Positions 25,417 through 33,139 of a DNA stretch of 33,139 nucleotides are shown piece after piece (position 1 is the stretch's first letter; every line of letters starts with the position of its first letter). Below the pieces are notes generated by a model. It saw nothing but the letters and a program-made list of their open reading frames with translations, was not told the origin of the DNA and searched no databases. The position numbers were made by a program, and so were the translations under genes. This DNA is from a virus (lineage: Duplodnaviria; Caudoviricetes): the IMG/VR virus record IMGVR_UViG_3300038556_000039, positions 1-33,139 of that record, one strand, 5' to 3'.

Positions 25417-25878
25417 TTAGAGTTTTAAAGCAGCTTTAAGTTTTTCAGCCACAAGTGCATCCACTTTTTCTTGCAATACTTTCTTTCTTAACTCAACATC
25501 TATATAATAAACCGTTCTTTCTATTGCTTCATCAATGCTTTTCTTTGCCTTAGCAAATTCCAAGGACTCCTCAACTACTTTTCTTAATTCGATTTGAGCC
25601 ACTGTTGCAAGGCTTACTTTTAACTGTTCTAGAATTTCGCTTCTTAGAACTCTTTTGGTATTCCAGCCATCTTTTATTTCAGAAGTAAATTCCTTTCTAA
25701 TATTATCTGCTACCTCATTTACATAAGGAGCCATTAAATTGGGATTCACCAAAGCTTTCAAATGCTTATGTGCAAAGTTTTGAACTACCGAATTGCGTAA
25801 TTCAATTTCTAATTCTGTGTCACCACCAATGAGACGTTCAAGAGCGTCAAGACTTGAGATTTGAATTTTTACTGACAT
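25417..25878 (-). CDS. Hypothetical helical/coiled-coil protein
   Basis: 153-aa ORF, AT-rich. Confidence 0.7.
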   Translation of the reverse strand: MSVKIQISSLDALERLIGGDTELEIELRNSVVQNFAHKHLKALVNPNLMAPYVNEVADNIRKEFTSEIKDGWNTKRVLRSEILEQLKVSLATVAQIELRKVVEESLEFAKAKKSIDEAIERTVYYIDVELRKKVLQEKVDALVAEKLKAALKL

Positions 25879-25889
25879 AGTGTTAAGAT

Positions 25890-26327
25890 TTATTTGGTTA
25901 AACTTTTCATTTGCTTATCGTACATAGCCTGCACCTGGCTCACCACCGGCACCAGCTCCTGATAATACAGGTAGTTCAGAATCTTCTTTTTCGGATTGTT
26001 TGAACCGATATTCTGAATGAATGTATTGATTCGTTCAAAGTCGGCTGCACCTTTGCTGTCCACCATCGGACTTTCAGGCAGCGTGCACAGCAGGTGAATG
26101 ATCTTGCCACGCATTGCCTTTTTGCCTTCCGACAACCGGCCTGCCAGGTATTCAATCAGTTCGTTGCATTCACGAATGGTTAGCTCCTTCGTGCTCCGTG
26201 TGCGTTCACTACTGAAGCTCCAAGCCAGATCACCAATCTGCTCCTGATCCAAACCCAGTTCATTGGCAACCTGCCACAGCTTGCGGTTTTGTTCGGCTGT
26301 TCTGGGTTTCTCGTAGTTGGGTATCAT
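25890..26327 (-). CDS. GemA/Mu gp16 (DUF1018)-like protein
   Basis: Q.RKL...A.ELGLD....RT.STKELT..EC..LI..L. Confidence 0.6.
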   Translation of the reverse strand: MIPNYEKPRTAEQNRKLWQVANELGLDQEQIGDLAWSFSSERTRSTKELTIRECNELIEYLAGRLSEGKKAMRGKIIHLLCTLPESPMVDSKGAADFERINTFIQNIGSNNPKKKILNYLYYQELVPVVSQVQAMYDKQMKSLTK

Positions 26328-26572
26328 TCTGATTTCGGAACTAAGGATTTGATCAATTCTTTGGAGTTGGCATACAAACCATAGTCACTGAATATTTCCA
26401 GGGTTCCACCCACTGTAGGACGTATACCGTATCTTACAGTCTGCCTTTCTGATTCACCTATGTCACTAATATCAATTTTCACCTCAACCTGTTTGATAAT
26501 ACCGGCAGTGACTTTGTTATCTTTCATGAACCAAACTTTTTGGCCCATTGAAAACTTAGTTTTGATATTCAT
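26324..26572 (-). CDS. Hypothetical protein (SH3/KOW-like N-terminus)
   Basis: MNIKTKFSMGQKVWFM; ATGA overlaps. Confidence 0.7.
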   Translation of the reverse strand: MNIKTKFSMGQKVWFMKDNKVTAGIIKQVEVKIDISDIGESERQTVRYGIRPTVGGTLEIFSDYGLYANSKELIKSLVPKSE

Positions 26573-26682
26573 TTGAATAGTTGGTATAAGACATAGATGA
26601 TTAAAATTCCCAGTGCAATACCTGCCATCACTTTCGGATCAGGCAGATCAGGCGGTGTTTCAGCTTCCGGAAATGCGTGCAT
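26569..26682 (-). CDS. 37-aa single-pass membrane microprotein
   Basis: ATG just after the upstream stop; MHAFPEAETPPDLPDPKVMAGIALGILIIYVLYQLFK; stop overlaps the next ATG. Confidence 0.55.
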   Translation of the reverse strand: MHAFPEAETPPDLPDPKVMAGIALGILIIYVLYQLFK

Positions 26683-26683
26683 A

Positions 26684-26947
26684 TCAGTAATTTTTGGTAG
26701 GTGTAAAACTATCTTCCGTGGTTTCTTTTTGGACTTTCGGCATGGCAGGAAAAAGGGTTTGAATTTCTTCTGCTGCCTGTTCCCAGGTAGAATGAGTAGG
26801 CAGGGTAGCAAACATGATCACGTATCTACCTCCCGCTTTCTTCATCTTGTACATCCCATACCAGGCACCATAATGCTTGTCATACTCAACGGCCAGGTAG
26901 TCACCGCTACCTGAACCGTTAAATTTGCCATAGTCCTGCATCACCAA
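26684..26947 (-). CDS. Hypothetical protein
   Basis: Overlaps the upstream stop; packed in the operon. Confidence 0.6.
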   Translation of the reverse strand: MVMQDYGKFNGSGSGDYLAVEYDKHYGAWYGMYKMKKAGGRYVIMFATLPTHSTWEQAAEEIQTLFPAMPKVQKETTEDSFTPTKNY

Positions 26948-27342
26948 TCAATCGTTTTCATACGTTTCTGATCCAGCACAATACCCCAGGCGTCCAGGTC
27001 AATAGTGTTGAGTTGCGACTTTACCAACTCAAACTTTACAGCCCGTGGATACTTCCGGCAAAACTTAATCAGTTCCGGATCATTGGCATTCTGCATGTTT
27101 TCAGGCAGCAGCACTTTGCTTATTAGCTTTTGATCTACGTAGCCATGCTTACCAAAATGCTTGCGGTGACCTTCCTCGAACCATTCCGGGTGCAAGTCAC
27201 AGTGTTCAAAAATCTGTGTCTTGATTTTGTCCATTTTCTCTTTCAGTTCGTCGGCTTCCTCACAGAGCTGTTTGTAGGTAATCAACAGGGCTTCGGTTTC
27301 TGCTTCAGTAGGCAGTACTACTTTTGCTTTGGTTTTGGTCAT
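26941..27342 (-). CDS. Possible Gam-like host-nuclease inhibitor; start refined to MTKTKA
   Basis: Coiled coil followed by I.E.C..H.E.F.....K.F..G.V; typical Mu early-region position. Confidence 0.45.
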   Translation of the reverse strand: MTKTKAKVVLPTEAETEALLITYKQLCEEADELKEKMDKIKTQIFEHCDLHPEWFEEGHRKHFGKHGYVDQKLISKVLLPENMQNANDPELIKFCRKYPRAVKFELVKSQLNTIDLDAWGIVLDQKRMKTIDW

Positions 27343-27353
27343 GGGTTGTTTAG

Positions 27354-27443
27354 TTAAAGGGTTGTACAAAAAAGAATAAGCAATAAGATTCCCGTAGCCA
27401 CTGCACAGGCAATGGCTACAGCACTTTTATAAGTGTATTTCAT
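27354..27443 (-). CDS. 29-aa membrane microprotein
   Basis: ATGA overlap with the upstream gene; MKYTYKSAVAIACAVATGILLLILFCTTL. Confidence 0.5.
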   Translation of the reverse strand: MKYTYKSAVAIACAVATGILLLILFCTTL

Positions 27444-27808
27444 GCAGCTAATTGGAGCTTTTGGGTGTAGGACTTGATCACTATTTCGGTAGGTCGGTAC
27501 AGGTGCATATAGGTACGCATGGACCGTTGCCAGTATTCCCACCGACGTTCAGGCTCTTGAAAGGTTCTTTCTTCCACCATCTGAATCCAGGCAAGACTGG
27601 CATTTGCCAACAACCGCTTGAACCATACCCAGAATTCCGGAGTGGTGTACAGTGCCTGACGGGCTCCCGTCAGTTCGGGTGACTTACCCAGGAAGTTTTC
27701 CGTAAACTCCACAGCAATGTCAGTCATTGACTCTGTAAACTCTTCCGGCGTAATTCCTGCCAGTAGAATCACCTTATCAAAGGTGGGTTGAAAGATGTCT
27801 TTTTTCAT
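27440..27808 (-). CDS. Hypothetical protein
   Basis: ATGA-coupled to the ATPase; FWVWF motif. Confidence 0.7.
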   Translation of the reverse strand: MKKDIFQPTFDKVILLAGITPEEFTESMTDIAVEFTENFLGKSPELTGARQALYTTPEFWVWFKRLLANASLAWIQMVEERTFQEPERRWEYWQRSMRTYMHLYRPTEIVIKSYTQKLQLAA

Positions 27809-28443
27809 GTGCCGAATAAGGGAATGGTTTTGCCTACGGGCAGTGGTTTGGGTGTGTCGAAAATTTGATAAGGAATGGTTGGGCCAAAACGACTTTGCAC
27901 ATTTGCCACTCCTTTTTTTACTTCACAGGTAATGTCTACCATGAACCGTAGAGCTTTGGCGTGTTCCCCTTTGGGATTGCCACCTGACTCCGACCAACTG
28001 ATGATTATGAATGCCTTGTTAGGAAATTCATCTACCAGTTGCTTGTACTGCGATTGTGTCAGATACATGTACTGAAGGCTGTCGATGAATATAAACTTTG
28101 GACTGTTCCGCTTTCGTAGCTTTTCGCACATTTCATCAAAGGTGTCACGGTCCCCAATCATCAGCTTGCCACCTGGTACTTCATCCGCTTTGCACAGCCT
28201 CATCACATCTTGCAGGCTTTTGCCTTCACCCTGTTCGGTAGAGTTGTAATACACCTTACCAAACGCTGTCAGGTACTTGGCAAACTGAATGCAGAATGTG
28301 GTTTTGCCATTCTTAGGTAGTCCCCAGATCAGCATCCGGAAGTTCTTTTCAGGCTTACCAATCGTATCCGTCCACAGATCATTGAATTCGTAGGTGGGAT
28401 AGTTTTTGGATAGCAGTTCCTTTACTGAGATTGTCCTACCCAT
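27805..28443 (-). CDS. RecA/Sms/KaiC-like P-loop ATPase; start refined to MGRTIS
   Basis: Walker A GLPKNGKT, YNSTEQG, Walker B FIFIDSLQ, SRFG C-terminus. Confidence 0.85.
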   Translation of the reverse strand: MGRTISVKELLSKNYPTYEFNDLWTDTIGKPEKNFRMLIWGLPKNGKTTFCIQFAKYLTAFGKVYYNSTEQGEGKSLQDVMRLCKADEVPGGKLMIGDRDTFDEMCEKLRKRNSPKFIFIDSLQYMYLTQSQYKQLVDEFPNKAFIIISWSESGGNPKGEHAKALRFMVDITCEVKKGVANVQSRFGPTIPYQIFDTPKPLPVGKTIPLFGT

Positions 28444-28648
28444 TTTGCACCTCACTTTCTTGATAAATGGACCAATCGGTATTCCAACATTCATCAGGTC
28501 TGTAATTCCAAAAAGAGGTAAGGATATATCCTGATTCATCAATGATTCTACCTTGCTTGTCAAGCTGAACGAATTCTTCGGAGGTGAAAAACCTATGGGT
28601 TACTTTGTGACCCTCTTTCATGGCTTTCAATGCTTCATTTTTTGTCAT
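28436..28648 (-). CDS. Tad2/DUF2829-like small protein (candidate anti-defence sponge)
   Basis: EAL.AMKEG.KV N-terminus and TDWSI C-terminus; 70 aa. Confidence 0.5.
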   Translation of the reverse strand: MTKNEALKAMKEGHKVTHRFFTSEEFVQLDKQGRIIDESGYILTSFWNYRPDECWNTDWSIYQESEVQNG

Positions 28649-29066
28649 TACTCACCTCCTTCACCGGACCAAATTCGATGCAGCTCAACGCATCTCTGAA
28701 CGCTTCCATCCATGCCTTTTCCCGATCCTTAACATTGACAATGGTGAGCCACAAAGCCGTTCTTTCTGTACTGGCTTCACCCACAGTTTGCAGGTTTCGC
28801 CACACTTCAATTTTCCAGAATTTCCCGCGTTCGCCTGGTGTGCCTTTTACCTTTGCCAGATGATTGAATACCTTACGGGTTTCCATTGCTATGGTCACAA
28901 CAGATGCCACAGCTTGTAGACTATTCACGTATCCTTTGTCTCCACCACCAAACTCTATGTACTGCAAGGCTTCATGAATCTGCATCAGTGCATGGCTTTC
29001 AAAAGTGGTTTGGGTACTCCATTCCAGTTCAATTTCAAACCCGTTCACATACCGTTTACTCTTCAT
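28635..29066 (-). CDS. Hypothetical protein
   Basis: Overlaps both neighbours in the early operon. Confidence 0.6.
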   Translation of the reverse strand: MKSKRYVNGFEIELEWSTQTTFESHALMQIHEALQYIEFGGGDKGYVNSLQAVASVVTIAMETRKVFNHLAKVKGTPGERGKFWKIEVWRNLQTVGEASTERTALWLTIVNVKDREKAWMEAFRDALSCIEFGPVKEVSNDKK

Positions 29067-29307
29067 TTTTCACCTCCTTTTCCTGCACGTACATGGCATC
29101 CAAGATGTCCTGAAACATTACCATGTCCTCAAGTACTGCCACCCGTATGGAGGGTGACAGTATGCCTTCAGCAATCTTCTTTTTGCAATCCGCAATCTTC
29201 TTCTCAAGCCAGTTGCGTCGGTATTCGTGTTCGGCCTGGTGCATCTTGGCAAACTCTGCTGAATCAAACTGCATGAACAGTGTGGCAAATCCGTTAGTCG
29301 TACTCAT
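29056..29307 (-). CDS. Hypothetical protein
   Basis: ATGA overlap with the upstream gene. Confidence 0.65.
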   Translation of the reverse strand: MSTTNGFATLFMQFDSAEFAKMHQAEHEYRRNWLEKKIADCKKKIAEGILSPSIRVAVLEDMVMFQDILDAMYVQEKEVKNEE

Positions 29308-29735
29308 AGTTTACCTCCTTTCACAACTGCTTTTAGGTTTTTCAATCCCTCATAGTCTGGATCACCTGCAAATCTTTGCTCCTGATAAGTTTCAACTTGC
29401 GCGTTTATAGCTTGGTATCTGAGAGGATTGAACTGATTCCACTCTCTTTCTGGTAGCTCATACAGTTCCTTGATCTCTTCCACTATTTCAATCTCTCTGT
29501 GTGGCATATTCGGCCACCACCCACTTTCTATTTTTGCCAATCCTGAACCGTCATCATTATCAAGTATTGAGGTGTAGGAATCTTTTATTCCCATTCTCCA
29601 GTGCACTACCAAAACCTGCCTCACATTCCCTACAAAAGCGTTTTGCCAGTGAAGTTTCTTTTCATGTTGTTTGACCATTGCCACAGTAGCGAAATAGCCA
29701 ACTGTTGTATAATCGAAAATTTTTCTTTGTCTCAT
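29304..29735 (-). CDS. Hypothetical protein
   Basis: ATGA overlap with the ATPase gene. Confidence 0.7.
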   Translation of the reverse strand: MRQRKIFDYTTVGYFATVAMVKQHEKKLHWQNAFVGNVRQVLVVHWRMGIKDSYTSILDNDDGSGLAKIESGWWPNMPHREIEIVEEIKELYELPEREWNQFNPLRYQAINAQVETYQEQRFAGDPDYEGLKNLKAVVKGGKL

Positions 29736-30607
29736 GCTGCCACCCCTCCTTTCCGCAACAGAGCAATTTGCTCCAATTTGAACGTAGCAATTTCACGCTT
29801 TACCTGCCGCAGGTCCCGTGCATCCGAACGACGGATGATCTCCTCAATATCTTCCTGCATTTCGATGCCATTGGCACGGCAGATGGCTGCAATGTCATTG
29901 GCAGTAGTCGGGTTCAACGCTACATATTCCCGACCCATCCGGCTCCACATCTCCACGTAGCTCTGCTTATTCTTTTTCACTCCACGTTCCAGGCGGTTAC
30001 GTAGGAACGGTGCACCTGCCAGCACAAACCCGCAATTACCTTCTGTCTTATTCCAGATGCTTTTGAATAGCTTCATCACTGGGTCGTCCAGTTTGTCAAA
30101 TTCGTCCAGGATCACCAGGGGTTTCTGCATCCTTAGCAGCTCTTCAATGATGGTATCAAGCATTTCGGTAACCGTTCCAAAGGCTTGCACACCCATTGCA
30201 CTCAACAGCTTGGCAAGAAAGTCCTTGCGTTTGTAGTGCTCTTCACATTCCAGGTACACCACGTTTGGCAGGTTATTGGCAACATGCTTCAATGCAAAGC
30301 TTTTGCCGGTGCCGGGTTCGTAGCTGATGGTAAGCGTTTCAGACAGCTTTTTGGCACGCTTGGCAGCCGACACAATCCGGTTAAAGTTGCCGGTTTCTGC
30401 CAATTGCCAGTCCGGTGTATACCCGGCCCAATTGGCAATCTTGCGCCACATATCTTCACTGATAAGGTCCCATTTGCCGTTCACGACCTGGCTCATGGTT
30501 CCGGAACTGATACCGATCTGACGGGCAGATGCAGCATCCGACAAGCCTAGACGGCTCTTTTTCTCCTTTAGGAGATTGACAATAGTTTCTTTAATTTGCG
30601 ATGTCAT
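29732..30607 (-). CDS. MuB-like transposition AAA+ ATPase with N-terminal HTH
   Basis: HTH, Walker A YEPGTGKS, Walker B LVILDEFD, SR arginine finger, DLRQVKR sensor. Confidence 0.9.
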   Translation of the reverse strand: MTSQIKETIVNLLKEKKSRLGLSDAASARQIGISSGTMSQVVNGKWDLISEDMWRKIANWAGYTPDWQLAETGNFNRIVSAAKRAKKLSETLTISYEPGTGKSFALKHVANNLPNVVYLECEEHYKRKDFLAKLLSAMGVQAFGTVTEMLDTIIEELLRMQKPLVILDEFDKLDDPVMKLFKSIWNKTEGNCGFVLAGAPFLRNRLERGVKKNKQSYVEMWSRMGREYVALNPTTANDIAAICRANGIEMQEDIEEIIRRSDARDLRQVKREIATFKLEQIALLRKGGVAA

Positions 30608-30652
30608 AAAAAATAAATTTAGTTGGTGACTGATTCCCGCTTTTGGCGGGTT

Positions 30653-30964
30653 TTAGTGTTTTAATAGGTCGGTTGGTCGGATTAATTTGACAGTACCAAG
30701 CTTTGCCATTTGCCTGTAAAGCCACTTTCGTTGCAGCAATTCAAAGTGTTCGAAGTATCTGTCAAATGGGTAAATTCGTTTGAAGTAAATCTGTCCTTCG
30801 TGCTCCACATACAGAATGCTGTGATAGCGTTCCAGGCGGTTCCTGGTGTAACTGTGCCTTTCAACCACCAGTATTTTAAGGAATGTCCAACGGGTGCAGC
30901 TATACACGTATTTTACAGCAAGCTCCTGATATTTGAATGTTCGGAATGCGTTTGTCATAGTCAA
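30653..30964 (-). CDS. Hypothetical basic protein between transposase and ATPase
   Basis: ATGA overlap with the transposase stop. Confidence 0.55.
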   Translation of the reverse strand: MTMTNAFRTFKYQELAVKYVYSCTRWTFLKILVVERHSYTRNRLERYHSILYVEHEGQIYFKRIYPFDRYFEHFELLQRKWLYRQMAKLGTVKLIRPTDLLKH

Positions 30965-32877
30965 TCAAATAAGGTTGGATCGTCGTAGATGTCCTGCCGT
31001 TGTCTCCGATCTGGCATCTGCGTAATGTTCTCATTCAGGATCACATCAAAGCGTTTGATTTCAGCAGCACCGGCCTTCACCATCTCATTCTGCTCTGCCA
31101 GGAATTGCTTTTGCCACTGGTAATTGGCTTTGTCCTGGTCGGTCCATTCGGCAGTTGCCACATTGAAAGCAATCGTATCTGCTGCCATTGCTTCACACAA
31201 GAATTCGCCTTCGTGATATAGCCAAACCTTCTTTTCCAGTAGTTCAGGCACGTAGTATGCCTCAACTTTGTAGTGTTTCATTCGCTTAATTATGTCAGCA
31301 GATGGCAACACAAACTGATGTCCACGAACGATGCAGTACTGATTGTGCCGGATGCTGGTATCTACCTTCGTTCCTACGTATCGGATGTCCTCACTCCACT
31401 TCACCAGGCTTGCATTAGGGTTCAGGTTTTCCAGTAGTACCTGCATCCGGGTTTTGCCTTTGATCTGTGGGTGTTCGCTGTTGTTGTAGTCTTCCACATC
31501 CATCAGCACGAAGCTTTGAACCTCACTAAAAGCGTATTTAACTGTCTTTCTATCGGTGTTCATCCGGTTGGCATCCAACCGTGCTTTGGGTCGGAACTGA
31601 AAGCCTTCACGCTGTCTCTGATGGTCGTAGCGCATGCGTTTAATGAAGCGTTCGGCTGCTTTTTCTTTCGGGTTTCCACCCAGTGCCCAACGCACCAACG
31701 GGAACACATTGCCTTTTGCCAACAGGGTATCTTTAAAGCCACTACTGATGTGCTGTTCCACTTCTATTTCCAGTGGCATCCGTCCATTCAGCACAGGGTT
31801 TTGCATAAGGTTGGCTATGGCAGATTTGAATAGCTCTGCATTCTTTTCCGCACCAACTGCCACACCGATAATGGCACCTGATTTCACATCAAAAATGTAG
31901 TAAGCGAATGCCCTGCCACCGGTTGACAGCTTGTATGGCACATCCTGATCGTCCATGGATGCCAGTGACAGCGAATACGTCGGAGCCTTGCGGAGTGCGT
32001 GACCTTTGGTAGTGTTGCTGTAGTCCAGTGCCGAACGGCTCAACTTCTGTATTTCTGCTTCAATTCCAGGCTGTTTTAGTGCACGTTTTACCGTACTCAA
32101 ACTCACGGTTGGCATGCCTTGCGGTGCCATGATTTCACCGGTTTCCACATCCACCAGTTGAATCAGCCCGCGCATAAACTCATTGTACTGTTTCCAGGCT
32201 TCCAACAGGTAAATTCGATTGTCACGCATGGTACGTGTCAGCAGTATCACCAAGGCACGTTCCACATTCTTGGACAGCTTTTTGGCGTTCAGATTGCGTT
32301 TTCCGCACTTCTTATTCACCACTGCTGCCGTGCCTTCAGCAATGAAAGCCGCGATTTTATTTTGCAACGGCCTGACTTCTGTAATCCGTTGGCCCGACAA
32401 CTTGCCACTGTTCCATTCGGCATTCATTGCCTCTAGGCACACATGGTAAAACTCTTCCTTCGTTGCCAGTCCCCACACATCCTTGCAGTCCTGCCGTGTG
32501 GTCTCTGAGATGAACCGCAACCATCCGCACAGCCTGGCATATCCGGCAGCCAGTTTCTTGCCAGTTTGCACCTGCAAGGCTTGCAGCTCTTCTGGTACAA
32601 TTTGTATCAGTGCTGCCATCCGTTGACGACGTTGCTTGTAACTATCTTCAGCAACCGCTTTTTGGGATGCACCTAGAAATCCATAAGGTTCGTGACCGTA
32701 GCAAAAATGAACTGAGAACAATCGTTTCCACTTGAGCGGAAAGGATTCGTAAGAGTAAATGCCACGATCTATTGCGGTGATTTTCTGACGATTGGTTGCG
32801 TGGTGAATCTGCTTTTCAGTAAGAATTTCTAGCAGCTCTGCACGCGTGACAGCAATGTCATTTTCAAGTAGCTCCAA
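30961..32877 (-). CDS. MuA-like DDE transposase (TTG start)
   Basis: RNase H-like core SMDD...AYYIFDV.SG.IIG...IEVEQH...KEKAAERF...YNNSEHP; Mu-type C-terminal domain. Confidence 0.9.
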   Translation of the reverse strand: MELLENDIAVTRAELLEILTEKQIHHATNRQKITAIDRGIYSYESFPLKWKRLFSVHFCYGHEPYGFLGASQKAVAEDSYKQRRQRMAALIQIVPEELQALQVQTGKKLAAGYARLCGWLRFISETTRQDCKDVWGLATKEEFYHVCLEAMNAEWNSGKLSGQRITEVRPLQNKIAAFIAEGTAAVVNKKCGKRNLNAKKLSKNVERALVILLTRTMRDNRIYLLEAWKQYNEFMRGLIQLVDVETGEIMAPQGMPTVSLSTVKRALKQPGIEAEIQKLSRSALDYSNTTKGHALRKAPTYSLSLASMDDQDVPYKLSTGGRAFAYYIFDVKSGAIIGVAVGAEKNAELFKSAIANLMQNPVLNGRMPLEIEVEQHISSGFKDTLLAKGNVFPLVRWALGGNPKEKAAERFIKRMRYDHQRQREGFQFRPKARLDANRMNTDRKTVKYAFSEVQSFVLMDVEDYNNSEHPQIKGKTRMQVLLENLNPNASLVKWSEDIRYVGTKVDTSIRHNQYCIVRGHQFVLPSADIIKRMKHYKVEAYYVPELLEKKVWLYHEGEFLCEAMAADTIAFNVATAEWTDQDKANYQWQKQFLAEQNEMVKAGAAEIKRFDVILNENITQMPDRRQRQDIYDDPTLFD

Positions 32878-32908
32878 GGCGTTGACGGTGACTGAGTGGG
32901 TGAATGAA

Positions 32909-33139
32909 TTAAGACTTTTGGTAGTACTTCTGCTTCAGAGTCTCTACCATTGAATTCATGGTAATCTTCTGATAAGTCTTCATTTCATTCAGCACCTTGC
33001 GGATCACACTGGCTGCCGGCGAGTCCTGACGATCTCCATGCAGTGCGGCATTGATCGTAGAGATACTGTAGCCAGTGATAGCAGACACCATTTCTTTTTC
33101 TGCCATAAATACTTTTTCGACTGTTTCCGTAGTTTCCAT
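32909..33139 (-). CDS. Small HTH regulator (Ner/Cro-like)
   Basis: VSAITGYSISTINAALHG HTH; first gene before the transposase. Confidence 0.65.
   Translation of the reverse strand: METTETVEKVFMAEKEMVSAITGYSISTINAALHGDRQDSPAASVIRKVLNEMKTYQKITMNSMVETLKQKYYQKS

Larger units (their letters stand above)
1..33139. mobile_element. Mu-like transposable phage/prophage (myovirus), probably Bacteroidota host; ends not in window
   Basis: Adjacent DDE transposase and AAA+ ATPase; Mu-type terminase, DUF935-like portal, MuF, gpG, gp36 and protease; sheath, tube, tape measure and baseplate genes. Confidence 0.95.

Noticed and set aside
30636-30654. CCCGC/GCGGG hairpin between the 103-aa ORF and the ATPase
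   Set aside because: Only a 5-bp stem, with the U-tract on the non-coding strand; too weak to call a terminator
1-33139. Mu-type TG...CA ends, repressor gene, CRISPR array, stop-codon reassignment
   Set aside because: The window is trimmed to gene boundaries; no repeat-spacer array is seen and genes read intact in the standard code

Overview
This 33 kb window is most of a Mu-like (transposable) myovirus or prophage. The host is probably Bacteroidota, inferred from TAnnTTTG promoter motifs, A-rich translation starts without SD sequences, and DUF2586-like sheath and DUF6046-like tail genes. The right arm (minus strand) carries an HTH regulator, a DDE transposase, a MuB-like AAA+ ATPase, a second P-loop ATPase and many small accessory genes (Gam-like, GemA-like, MazG-like, Tad2/DUF2829-like). 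It ends in an antirepressor operon with a highly structured RNA leader. The centre has a divergent late control region with a perfect 12-bp inverted repeat. Rightward it drives a Mor-like activator, the terminases, gp36, a portal-MuF fusion and gpG. Leftward it drives the protease/scaffold, capsid, lysis genes, an initiator-type tRNA-Met, the contractile tail, baseplate and fibres. The strongest non-routine signals are four: (1) a C4/CI-like antisense-RNA attenuator and start-codon switch upstream of the antirepressor; (2) an A10/A-AAA-AAG slippery site at the portal-MuF junction with immediate stops in both shifted frames; (3) an antirepressor C-terminal HTH that closely matches the MuB N-terminal HTH; (4) a variant tRNA-fMet wedged inside the late operon. 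No phage ends or repressor gene are visible, since the window starts at a stop codon and ends at a start codon. All family assignments are from motif recognition by eye, not from database searches.
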